Below, one piece after another: positions 1 through 12,700 of a stretch of DNA of 64,000 bases. The notes beneath the pieces were generated by a model, which was given only the letters and a program-made list of their open reading frames with translations, did not search any database and was not told the origin of the DNA. The stretch lies in assembly GCF_964355755.1 (NCBI RefSeq), contig NC_092680.1:21833045-21897044 (forward strand). The letters are read 5' to 3'. The DNA is from Antedon mediterranea. Lineage: Eukaryota > Animalia > Echinodermata. The translations under genes were made by a program, and so were the position numbers. The first letter of the stretch is position 1; each line of letters begins with the position of its first letter.

Positions 1-13
1 TAATATTGATATT

Positions 14-528
14 AGGGAGGTTTCGCAACCTTACGAATACGATAACGACAACGGATACGTCACGCACACGTATTCGTTTTTCATAAGCCAGTAAAAATCT
101 GTTTCGCATGGCAACGAAAGTGAGGGCGCCGTCCAAAATATGACTGCGGTAAATTTGAGCGAAGCGCAGGTACGTGTTGCTTGGTGCTTAGCTGCCTAGG
201 CCTAGCGTAACATCAAAGCAAGTGAAGACTTTAAAAACTGCTATTTATCAAAATTGACCTGGCATTTTAGTAAATTACTTTAATAAATTACTTTAGTAAA
301 TTACTTTCAATAAAGGTATAATTATATTATAGTCATGAATCATTCCTGATTCAAATGCAAAACGTGCAAAATAGATCAAAAACTATACTCGTTTTGTAGT
401 TACGAATATGACTGGTGATATTCGTCAACACGAATACGCTTTTTGAATATGAAATGGGGATCAGCTCAAAAGTTTCACAAATGTGTGACGTATCCGTTTT
501 CGTTATCGTAAGGTTGCGAAACCTCGCT
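14..528. mobile_element. Non-autonomous TIR DNA transposon (MITE), PIF/Harbinger-like
   Basis: TIRs AGGGAGGTTTCGCAACCTTACG... and ...CGTAAGGTTGCGAAACCTCGCT with about 45 bp of imperfect match; ATT on both sides (11-13, 529-531) fits a 3 bp TSD. Confidence 0.75.
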
Positions 529-624
529 ATTACTGTCCAGGTTGCAAGGTATTTGTTTACATTTGTAAGTTGCTTAACTTGTCTAAAGTCAATAAGCAGT
601 GTGTTTCTAAAGCCAGTTAACATT

Positions 625-736
625 GCTAAACATATGATAAAATGAGATGTGCCCATATATGGACATGATGATATCATATCACTACCATATTTAGGCACAT
701 CACACTTTAAACTAGTTTGATAGTGTAGACAAAGCC
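625..736. mobile_element. Partial copy of the short GTCTACACTATCAAACT-TIR MITE family
   Basis: Contains gatgtgcccatatatggacatgatg...aaactagtttgatagtgtagac, shared with copies at 23153, 46257, 51945 and 60920. Confidence 0.7.
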
Positions 737-740
737 TTAC

Positions 741-3700
741 CTCTTCTGGGATGCTTTCATCACTTGATTCAGACGTAGCAAGTAACAAGATGGGTGTGGT
801 TGATGGTAGATCTTCTAGCAAAGTAAGGAATGTTGCTTTCATGGTTTCTGTACAAGCTGACCACCACTGTACAACGTGGGGCAAGTATATTACACTTGGG
901 CAAGTCCGTCGCGCTTCACGAAACACCTACAGAATACAACCACCATCCATTTTTAGTTTATATACTTTGGATCATTCCATTTTTAGTTTATACACTTTGG
1001 ATCATTCCATTTTTAGTTTATATACTTTGAATCATTCCATTTTTAGTTTATATACTTTGGATCATTCCATTTTTAGTTTATATACTTTGGATCATTCCAT
1101 TTTTAGTTTATATACTTTGGATCATTCCATTTTTAGTTTATATACTTTGGATCATTCCATTTTTAGTTTATATACTTTGGATTATTCCATTTTTAGTTTA
1201 TATACTTTGGATCATTCCATTTTTAGTTTATATACTTTGGATCATTCCATTTTTAGTTTATATACTTTGGATCATCCAAAAGAAAAAAATTCATGAATAC
1301 TATACATAGATCCAGATGAACCTTCATACTTTACATTATTTTATGGTTAATTGTACATGTGTATTCATTGTATAAGAGACAGTTCAATTAACATTCTACA
1401 TATAGCCATACAAAGCATTATTTTAAAAATTCATTAAAATCATACCCTTTTAGCAAGTCATATATTAATGACGTATACAAAATAAACTAAGACTACCTAC
1501 ATATGTGACTAGTGCCTTGAGAACATTTAATAGAGTAAAAAATATTTTTCAAGTTGTTATAGATTTAAAAAAAAAATTATATTATTTTACCTGAGCACAT
1601 GATTCTTCTGGGGACTTGGCAGTGACAGCATACAGGGCTGGCAGATCTAGACAGTGAACTGGTAAATGCTCCATATTATGTAGTAATGCTGGCGCTAAAT
1701 GTGAACTTTGACCCAAGTGACGTGATCCTGTTATCAGGATTCGAGGTTGGTATGTTGATGGGGTGTTATAGGCTGATCTGTAAGAAAAAAAACAACCCAA
1801 TATTTCAAATATAACTGGAATAAATATATGATTATATGTTTATAATACAATACCAATTTCTCACACACAGTAAGTGAATGTGAAACCAGATTTCTTGATG
1901 CCTGTAAAAATCTCTGAATCATTTAAAATCTTCCGAACAGACTTACAAGGCAAAATTAAGAAATGGGTTAATTGGTCCATTGAGTTCAGTTGTTGACCTA
2001 TGACCTTTATTGTTGTCATATATACTAGGAGCATCATCATCACTGTATTCATCATCATTCAATAATGCCATGGCAACACTTGATGCATCTGAAGAACCTG
2101 TAGATATTGAAATAAAAATAAAACAATTTATTATTTTAACATTATTTCTTCTTCTTTCTCTTCTCAAATGTATTATGAAATAATAATAATTTATATTAAC
2201 AAAAATATTTGTTTTGTAATTGTTTTACTTTATTCACATTAAAAAAGTGGTCGAAAAAATAATTTATATAAAAAGTGAGTGAGTGGCCGAGCGGTTAAGA
2301 CAGTGGAACTGTAATTACATAGCCATAACATCGGCAGGGGTTCGAGGCTCACTCACTCCATGGTTCTGGTGGTAGAACAAGTCTTCTCGGTTAAGGACTA
2401 CAAACCGTAGGTCCAGTGTACAGATCTAGCTCATGTGCACTTTAAAGAACCTAGTACATCTTTGGAGACGAGTACGAAGAGGTCGCCCAGTATAAATAAA
2501 ATATTTCAATTCAATTCAATTCAATAATACTAAAACTGGTATGAAAATTATATTATTATTACCAATGTCATGCATTCTTGTATACGAAAATAAAATGGAG
2601 AAACAGTGCTTACCCTTCATATCAAGACCAGATCTTTTTTTCCATGACTCTGGGAAAACCTTACGTGTAAGATCTACAAGTTGTTGTAGACTACATTCTA
2701 GCAGCGGCCTTACAACAACCGATAAAGCTCTACCGGGAGAACTGACCGCCCTCTGTGAAGCGGGTACAATGATTTGCATAGCATGGTGGAAATCTCTTGC
2801 AGTGATCTGTATTTGGTTGAGGTCTAATTGTAGTTTTTCTTTGGATGCATAGATTTGTGGATACTGACGTCTTAGAGCTTGTAATGCAGCTTCTGTACAT
2901 AATGCCTTTACATCAGCACCACAATAACCTGCAATAATAAACACATTAACATATTAAGTACAATAACATATTAAATACATTATCATTATTATTTTAAATA
3001 CATTAGCATATTAAATTTAAAAAATGTGAAAAGAATTATAAACAAATGATTGTCGGCAACGTTTATCAACAACTCACCAACTGATTTTTCCGCAACCTCG
3101 TTGATAAACCTTTCAGATAATTTGGGATTCCAATCTTTGGTATGTATTGATAGGATTTGACTGCGAGCCTGGAATAGATTTGTAAAAAATAAGTAAAATG
3201 TGTATTATCATATCTATAGGATTTGACTGCGAGCCTGGAATAGATTTGTAAAAAATAAGTAAAATGTGTATTATCATATCTATAGGATTTGACTGCGAGC
3301 CTGGAATAGATTTGTAAAAAATAAGTAAAATTTGTATTATCATCTATTTGGCATCAATAACTAGTGTATTAGTTTAAAATTTTTTGGTTGTTATGCTACG
3401 ATTTTACTTTATTTAATTTATTTATGTTGTTACCTCTTTTGAAGGAAGTGGAAACAGAAACTCTCTGTCAAAACGTCCCGGTCTTCTCAATGCGGGATCA
3501 ATAGAATCAATCCGATTGGTGGCGCCTATCACGACAATCTCTCCCCGACTATCAAGCCCATCCATTAATGCTAGCAATGTTGACACAATGGAGCTGTGGA
3601 TTTGGTCCTGTCTACTGGAACGTACGGGAGCTAATCCATCAATTTCATCAAAAAATATTATTGCAGGACGCATCGTGTAGGCCTAAAAGATGATAGAATT

Positions 3701-6700
3701 CACACTAAATATTATTGCAGGACGCATCGTGTAGGCCTAAAAGATGATAGAATTCACACTAAATATTATTGCAGGACGCATCGTGTAGGCCTAAAAGATG
3801 ATAGAATTCACACTAAATATTATTGCAGGACGCATCGTGTAGGCCTAAAAGATGATAGAATTCACACTAAATATTATTGCAGGACGCATCGTGTAGGCCT
3901 AAAAGATGATAGAATTCACACTAAATATTATTGCAGGACGCATCGTGTAGGCCTAAAAGATGATAGAATTCACACTAAATATTATTGCAGGACGCATCGT
4001 GTAGGCCTAAAAGATGATAGAATTCACACTAAATATTATTGCAGGACGCATCGTGTAGGCCTAAAAGATGATAGAATTCACACTAAATATTATTGCAGGA
4101 CGCATCGTGTAGGCCTAAAAGATGATAGAATTCACACTAAATATTATTTGTCTTTTTCAATTATTTATTCCTTTTATCACACAACAAGTTAACAGTAACG
4201 AATTTTAATCATAATCACTTGACAAATTACATATTAAGGCATACACTTCCATTCTATCAAATTATTATTTATTTTCTTTTCCACATCTTTCCGTCTATCA
4301 TTACTAAATATATACTGGTTATACATTTGATCTCTTTCATACTTGTATTAAATGCATAGAAAGATAAAATAACTAACCTGGTCAAAAAGGAGTCTCAACT
4401 GTCTCTCCGATTCTCCAACCCACTTGCTGAGGCAATCAGCTCCTTTCCTCATGAAGAATGATACATGTTTATCCCCATGCCGGCATTCATTTGCTAAGGC
4501 TCTCGCAACTAAGGTTTTGCCTGTACCAGGGGGGCCATGGAAGAGTACTCCCCTGGGTGGGGTGATCTTAAAACGTTCAAACACCTCTGGGTATAGTAAA
4601 GGAAACACCACCATTTCTTTAAGTGCTTGAACATGTTTACCAAGGCCACCAACATTTTCAAATGTAACCTAATAAAAAAGCATGAAATAATAATATAATA
4701 TGAAAGAATTGCTATTTAGTGTTTTGAACTACAGATTTTAGTAAGAGAACAAGTAAATAATAAGTAAGTAAAACATTGATTCAATATAAACTACAGTCCC
4801 AGAGACAACAACACATACACAGTCAACTCTCCCATTGATTCAATATAAACTACAGTCCCAGAGACAACAACACATACACAGTCAACTCTCCCATTGATTC
4901 AATATAAACTACAGTCCCAGAGACAACAACACATACACAGTCAACTCTCCCATTGATTCAATATAAACTACAGTCTCAGAGACAACAACACATACACAGT
5001 CAACTCTCCCATTGATTCAATATAAACTACAGTCCCAGAGACAACAACACATACACAGTCAACTATCCCATTGATTCAATATAAACTACAGTCTCAGAGA
5101 CAACAACACATATACAGTCAACTCTCCCATTGATTCAATATAAACTACAGTCCCAGAGACAACAACACATACACAGTCAACTCTCCCATTGATTCAATAT
5201 AAACTACAGTCCCAGAGACAACAACACATACACAGTCAACTCTCCCATTGATTCAATATAAACTACAGTCCCAGAGACAACAACACATACACAGTCAACT
5301 CTCCCATTGATTCAATATAAACTACAGTCCCAGAGACAACAACACATACACAGTCAACTCTCCCATTGATTCAATATAAACTACAGTCTCAGAGACAACA
5401 ACACATACACAGTCAACTCTCCCATTGATTCAATATAAACTACAGTCCCAGAGACAACAACACATATACAGTCAACTCTCCCATTGATTCAATATAAACT
5501 ACAGTCCCAGAGACAACAACACATAAACAGTCAACTCTCCCATTGATTCAATATAAACTACAGTCCCAGAGACAACAACACATACACAGTCAACTCTCCC
5601 ATTGATTCAATATAAACTACAGTCCCAGAGACAACAACACATACACAGTCAACTCTCGCAATGCCGGACAAGCCAGGACTGGCTATGTCTGGCTTTCTTT
5701 TTGAATGGCAACAAGAATTTGGGACACTTTGGACGTCAAGAAAAGTCTGGTTTTGAGAGAGTCGACTGTATAAATAAAATGAATAGTATTTATTACCGAT
5801 GAATCAATAGTCATAGGATCGATGTCTGCCAAACTACTACCTATCTTCTGACGATCCTTCATTACACCTGTGATGTCATCAGGTGCCAGATTCATTGGGA
5901 GGCATCTAAAATGAAAACCAGTCATTAATTAAAATATTTGTGAAACTAAAAAAAAAAAACACAACATGATTCGCTCTTTCTTAAACTATATTGCTATTTT
6001 TTTTGTAATATTATATATTTACATATGTATATATTGGTCTATTTTTTCCCATTTTTGTCATTCGTTTTTTGTATTTGTATCATCCCCATTAAGTGTTGAG
6101 GGCCTCATGCATGTCAGCCTCGGCTGTTTTGAGTCACCCTTATTAAACAAAGTTTAATCAAAATAAATAATAATAATTTGGCATAATACTACAGATATGG
6201 AATGCAGTAACATATATGTTATTAATTAATGATAAACAACCAAAAAACCCATTTATGAAAAAATGTAAAAATTTATTGTAAACATAATTATCCATTCTCA
6301 AAATGGGATATTCACTATAGGGATATGGGATATTCACTATAGGGATATGGGATATTCAGGCCTCGAATTTGGGGATTTTAGGGGCAAGGCCATTTGGCCT
6401 CCGGTTTTCATTGATTTTAGGGGCACCAAGGCCAAATGGGAGGGCACCAAGGCCATTTGTTTTAAATCAAAGGGGCACCAAGGCCAAAATTAAAAAATAT
6501 TTTAATAACTAGGCCAAAATTTAAAAATAGCTTGTTTCCGGTTGAGGGTGGAATTTTTTTCCAAAAAAAAAATTCTACCCGCAAAATGTTTTGGGATTTC
6601 CCCCTATTCATCAGATCGCGGAGTAGTAGGAGTAGGACTGTCTACAATACATCTTTTTGTATTTCATATAAATATTACGTGTATTTACGATCTATATAAA

Positions 6701-9700
6701 TAATAAATAGGTACGATGTTCAGCGTTTATAGTTTACCGTCCTGTGTTGAATGTTTCGTTTAGTTTCAAATAATGCGATAAAAAGGCATGTGAAGCCAAC
6801 CAAGTAAGGCCCGGAACAGGTATAAAAACCCTTCCAACAGCAAGCTACTCAGCCTTACTTAGCTAGCAGCCGACGGAGAAAACATGATACAAAAACAATT
6901 TGTTTGTAGGCCTTACCTACAACTATTCATACACAGAGTGTTAACCACGGTAAAAATCAAGCCAATTACATTATGTAGTAGAATATAAATTATAGTTATT
7001 TTCCGAGTTTCGATTTCTGAAGCTTTTTTGTTAGTACAGTATAACCCATATTTATAAGAATTCAAAACACGGACGGACACCGACCCCTTTCTCTCTCTGT
7101 TTAGCCTTCGGCACGTGTATTCTGGACTATACCATTTCCTTGAATTCGGTAAAAACGCGTTTGGTAATTTAGTGTACGACGTTGTTAAACAAGATTTTTC
7201 GATGATCTGTCTGCTGGATTATTGAGGTGGGTGCGATAAAATATAAATATGATATACTTCCAACGATCTTCGGGTTGAGGTGCAGGTTTAACTTTGGTGC
7301 TAAAGGTAAACACCCCTAATTTTACACGTATAATGGACTACACCATGCAGGAACGCACATGGTATTTTCTTCTCAGAGGGTGCGTGTACGTCAAAAGGAA
7401 TTGTTTTTCCAACGATCCACCACCACCGATCCTTGCGCGTACGTGGTACTCTCACACGACGTTTTTTGTGTGTGAAATTTCTTATCAGAGGGTGCGTGTG
7501 CGTCAAATAGAATTGTTTTCCCAATGCATTGAATTGCGTGTGTTTCGACCGGATCGGCGGCGGGAGGATAGGCTAGGCTAGCTAGGAGTGCGTGTAATAT
7601 TTTTTTCATCGAAGGCGGCTAGCTCGATTATTGTGCGACTTTAATACTTTCAGTAACCTCCGATCGAGGAACGTTTTTAGCTTGATTATTAAAAGTTTAC
7701 ACCCCTGTATTTTAATGTACTATCTATACCATGATTTACTACGCACGGCGGCCGGGATGATATTGTTTTGGTTACCCTATTGCAATGTTCGATGTTTTGT
7801 TTACTGTTTGTGTATTAATAAAATGCGTTTAGGGAAATCCCCTTGCAACGAAGACAGGCGATAGTTTTGCGTCTCGTCCGAGTCGTGTAAACAAATCTTC
7901 TTGACATTATTTTCTATCTAATTCAGTGGTTTTTATTGTGGTAAAACTCGGGAAGGGCACTCGCGGCCAACGCAAAAAAAAGGGCAGGCCAGTAGTGGCC
8001 GTGGGTGCTATTCATTTTCGAGGGCATTGAGGCGGGCCAACTGGGAGGGCACCGACGGCACTGGCCGCGGTGGCCGCGGTAAAATTCGAGGCCTGGATAT
8101 TCACTATAGGGATATGGGATATTCACTATAGGGATATGGGATATTCACTATAGGGATATGGGATATTCACTATAGGGATATGGGATATTCACTATGGGCA
8201 TGTGTGATATCTTACTACCAACAGCTATAAATAATTGTTCAAAATTGCACCTCATTCTAGCCTTTGCCATGCTTTTCTTTTTCCTCCGTTCAAATCTGCG
8301 TTCATCATCAGAAGAGTCAGAACTTGTGGAAGAACGATTGTGAGTGGCATGACGTCGCCTCATTCTGAAAAAAATCAAATATACAATTATGCTCTAAAAA
8401 TTGTAGTCAAGATTTACTCTTTCCATCAAATTTCATTCTTCTTGAAGCAATATGAGATTGAGAGCTGGATTAATGGGAGGGAATGAGTTTGAGACATCAT
8501 ATACATCTTGTTTGTTTCATTATTGTATTTGGTTGATTTAAAAATTCCTTTATTTACTGTCTCAGACAAAGCTCTGTAATTGTCTTCACTGCGAGTCTGT
8601 AGAAGCTATAACAATTTCAATAAAATTTAATGTTGATATAGAAAAGAGCGGTACACTCTGGTCAGCGTCGAACTGCTATAGAAATTCATTTATTCCTATA
8701 CATATTATAATGAACATTTTCAGAGATAATCTGTTTGATAATTTTATAAAAAATTGTTTATGTTTTCAATTTCATTTTATTCTTGTACTGAGACCTTGTG
8801 AATTTCCTGATAAGGATGAAATATAGTTTATTTTTATCTGTAATTAAATTTGTGAATCTATCTAGTGGAGATGTTGAAACCTTACCTCTTAACAGGGCTC
8901 CTGACTGGTGTAGATGGTCCTGGCTTGCGTCGGCGGTAACTTCTAAAAGGGGAACATGCGCCACCATCAAATAGTGACGACCTTTTGTTCCTCTTTTTGT
9001 GGGCTTCTATTGGAACTTCAAACCGCTTCGTGACTGATCTTTTCGTTCGTAGACTGTAATTTGATTGTTGAGGGCGCACCTCTTCTTCTTCCTCCTCCTC
9101 ATCTGAGCTATCATCTGAAGAATCTTTAAATATTTAAAATTTAAATTCACAATGTTTCATGTATAAATATACTTTTCAAAAATTTAATATTCATACATTT
9201 GTTTTGTTATTTTTATTCATCTATCATTATAAAAAATTCATTGATGGAGAGGACAAACATAGTGTTCACCATATTTAGGCAGGGGTGGGAAACAGCAAAC
9301 AAACTCTTTAAAAGTGTTTGCTTACCATCACTATCATCTGAGCTTCCATCTGACGATTCAGTTCCCTTTTCTAAAGCATCTTGCTTTTTCCTTGCCAAGA
9401 TGTGACGTCGTTTCACACGCGAGTACATATCCATGCTTTCCAACTCCTGATTTTATAGATATAAACATCATATACTTTGTAAAAGTAAACAAAAAAGTAC
9501 ATATTCGGAAGTAAAAGAAGAAGCACTAAATAGAGAAGTATGGAGAAAGAAGACTGTCATGGACCTTTTTAATGTAGATAGGTATATTTTTTTTTAAATG
9601 CTAATTAAAAAACCCTATAAAAATGCAATTATGGTTTAAGGAATTTGTTAATATGTATGTGTATAATGTATTTAGAGTGCTATCGCTGGTACCATGCCAA

Positions 9701-12700
9701 TTAGTAGCGTTTTCTACTAGGCTTTCCTTCTTATATTGGTAACAGAACACATCAGCACTACTACTAATGCTTCCTACAACAATAATCACTCCATAGGTAT
9801 TTAATGGTTTTCAGTTAATTTCATTGACATACATTTGAATACTGAAAAGCTTTATTTGTCCATTATCATATAAAATAATAATAGAAATTCTTCTTAAAGA
9901 TTGGCAAATATATATAAGAATTAATAAAAAATCTATTTACCCCGTCTTCATCACTTGCAGCCTCTCCTTCGTTGTTAGCACCATCCTCTTCTTCCTCCCC
10001 AGCTTCTTCCTCTTCATCTTCTTCCTCCACTTCTTCATCTTCTTGGTCCTCCTCATCTTCATCTGTTGGTCCTGTTGCTAAGTTTATTCCTCCATTCATC
10101 ATTAAGTCCCCTGTATAAAAATGGCATAAGATTTAATAGAGAATCCATGCATATTAAAGATGTTTTGTCCTCGAAAATCATGAAAAATGAAGACTTAGGC
10201 CATTTTGTAGTAGAAAAACAATGAAACAAAAATAATGATGGTTTCACTTAGATAAAAGGAAAAAAAGACAACATAAATTTAACCAAAAATCCATTGCCTG
10301 ACAATGTTTTACTTTAAAGATGTATTGTCCCTTGAAACACAAAAAAATGAAGGTCAAAATATTCTAAATTTAAATTGGCCATATCAAAGTAATATTAAAG
10401 TTATTCACTTTAAGTCGAAAATTCAAGCCAAAAGCAACAAGTTTATGTAATTAACAGGTAAATTAGTTTGATTACATTTCGTCTGGAAAATCGTCGCTAG
10501 CGAAAGTAAAGAAAGATTTCAAACCACGAGTATGCATTATGCATATGCTAATTAGGATTGTTTTCAACTCGTCATGGTTGAGAAGGTGTTTTCACACAGA
10601 TCGCGAGGAAGTTTTATGATTATGATACAGAGTAGCCAAACAAGCGCGTTTCATTTTTAACAAAAAAAACGTCTGTATTTCAGTTAAATGATTTTTTTTT
10701 CGACAAATTTTTGGTGATAGTTAATAACTATTATGATATTTCAAAATGACCCACCTTTTTTCGAAATCTATTTTTTTTTTTTTTTAATTAGTCAAAGGGA
10801 CAATACATCTTTAAATTATAACTTTTTTAGGTAAATAATTTTTTTTCTTCAAATCAATTTTTTGGTTAAAGTTAATAACTATTACGTGAAATTAAAATGG
10901 CATATTCAATGAAAAAATATATTTTCCCTATATACACACTGTAATTAGATGCAAGGCAAAGCTGTCTTACCCAGCAGTTTAGTATTCATTGTGTTGTAGA
11001 CTTGACGACGGCTTCGACCACTTCTTCTTATTCGCACCGAATCTTCAACCTCTTCATCTTTCATACTCGTACCGTTCACTTGATTCCGTCTCTGCAATCG
11101 CCAATTTTTTCTAGTTACCGTGTGATTGCTGTAAATACTCTCTCCACTATCTTCATCCCGGTTTACACGTCTTTTTATGTTGCTTTTTCTAAAAATTAAT
11201 TTTTGTTTATGTCAAATAAATATTTGTCTTCATCTCGGTTTCCACATCTTTTTATGTTGCTTTTTCACAAAATTATTATTTTTATAAAATGTCAAACAAT
11301 TATTTGTCTTATACTTGTATGTAAAAGCGTAATTTAATTTCCATTTTACAATGAATAATAAAAATAAATCTTGGACAAAGCCAAATATTTTACTTCAATA
11401 TGGGCGAGTTTTCCTCATTATTCTCCGATGCATGTGTACAATTTACTTGTTGATGTTTTTCGTTACTCTCAATTTTAGTAGTAGTACTGATCCGACGTCT
11501 TTTTCTTTCTGACATAACAATTTCAGGACTACTATCATCTTCATCCTACAGACAAATTATGTTTTGTAAGCTTCATTAGATCCTAACATAATTATTAATT
11601 TAATAAAATTTATTGCCATAATAATATTTTGTTGTTGTATTTGTTTTTTCATAAATCATGTCAAATTACTAATAAAACCTCATACTGTAGTTAATGTTTT
11701 AGGTTTTAATTGGTAATCCCAATCCAGACATATGGGCGTTAGTAGAGCCCAATAATAGGGATACCGAGAGCTGACTCCATTTTCATTACCACGATTAAAC
11801 AGCGCGCACGTTACTATGCGCGCAATGTCATTGACGCGGTGTTTTTTTACTTTGGTAAACACTTTTTATTAGGTAATTGTTCTGAAAATAAATTAATTAT
11901 AAATATATCCTTTTGAGTATATATTTATTTACCTATTATTCTATAAGATCAAGTATTTTTTATTTCCATTTCATTCAACCAAAAATGTGAATATAGTGGT
12001 TAAAAGATCGTTATCGCCTAGCGCGTATAGCTTTTGTTTACTACGAAACCCTCGGAAGGCTCAATGACCTACCATTTCAACCTTATTTTTGTAGTTGAGC
12101 CTCTTATGACCTCAAAATGTTTTTTATTCCTACACCAAGATAATATAGTTCCACATACCATGTGCTTGTTACTAAGAAAAATATTAATTTTAACTGCTAA
12201 AAAAACAATTTTATCCCGATATGAGGCCTTTATGATTCGAATATTTCATAGTAACAACCCATATACCATAAAAAATATCCGTTTAGTCCATTTTTTAAAT
12301 AATTTTTGAAAAATTCTGAGGGGCTCAACTACAAAAACGCCATTTTATGGTATGATGTCATCGCAAGCCAATCAAACCTCCGCTCCGCAAGTCTCACGGT
12401 TGAACGATTTTGGATTCTCGCCCATTGATTGGTTGACGCGATTCAACACACAGCGGAATAATTTTCTCGCGAGTGCCGTGAAGTCACATGGTGTCAGGCC
12501 TGTCCAATTACACAGGAAAATAATGCATTGAAATTCTTCGAACGAGGTTAAATAAACACTCTTTTTTATATAATAAATAAGTAATATCATATTTTATTGA
12601 ATTTTACAATGTTGATATATAAAATATGTTACTTAAAATCGTGATTTTATATAATTATTTTTACGAAAAATGACTAGTTCATACAATTGTCGACTGAGGG

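Noticed and set aside
751-1296. 181 aa plus-strand ORF with ([10 protein letters not shown])n
   Set aside because: It is the antisense of an ATAD2 exon running into a 30 bp minisatellite.
3652-5657. CRISPR-like repeat arrays
   Set aside because: The units are contiguous with no unique spacers, no cas genes are present, and the context is eukaryotic introns.
7294-7864. Short ORFs inside the 6357-8095 element as a transposase
   Set aside because: No DDE or BED-finger motifs are recognisable and the ORFs overlap on both strands.
11447-11545. Shorter ATAD2 exon 2 using the donor at 11445-11446
   Set aside because: It gives phase 0 while the next exon needs phase 2; the donor at 11392-11393 fits.
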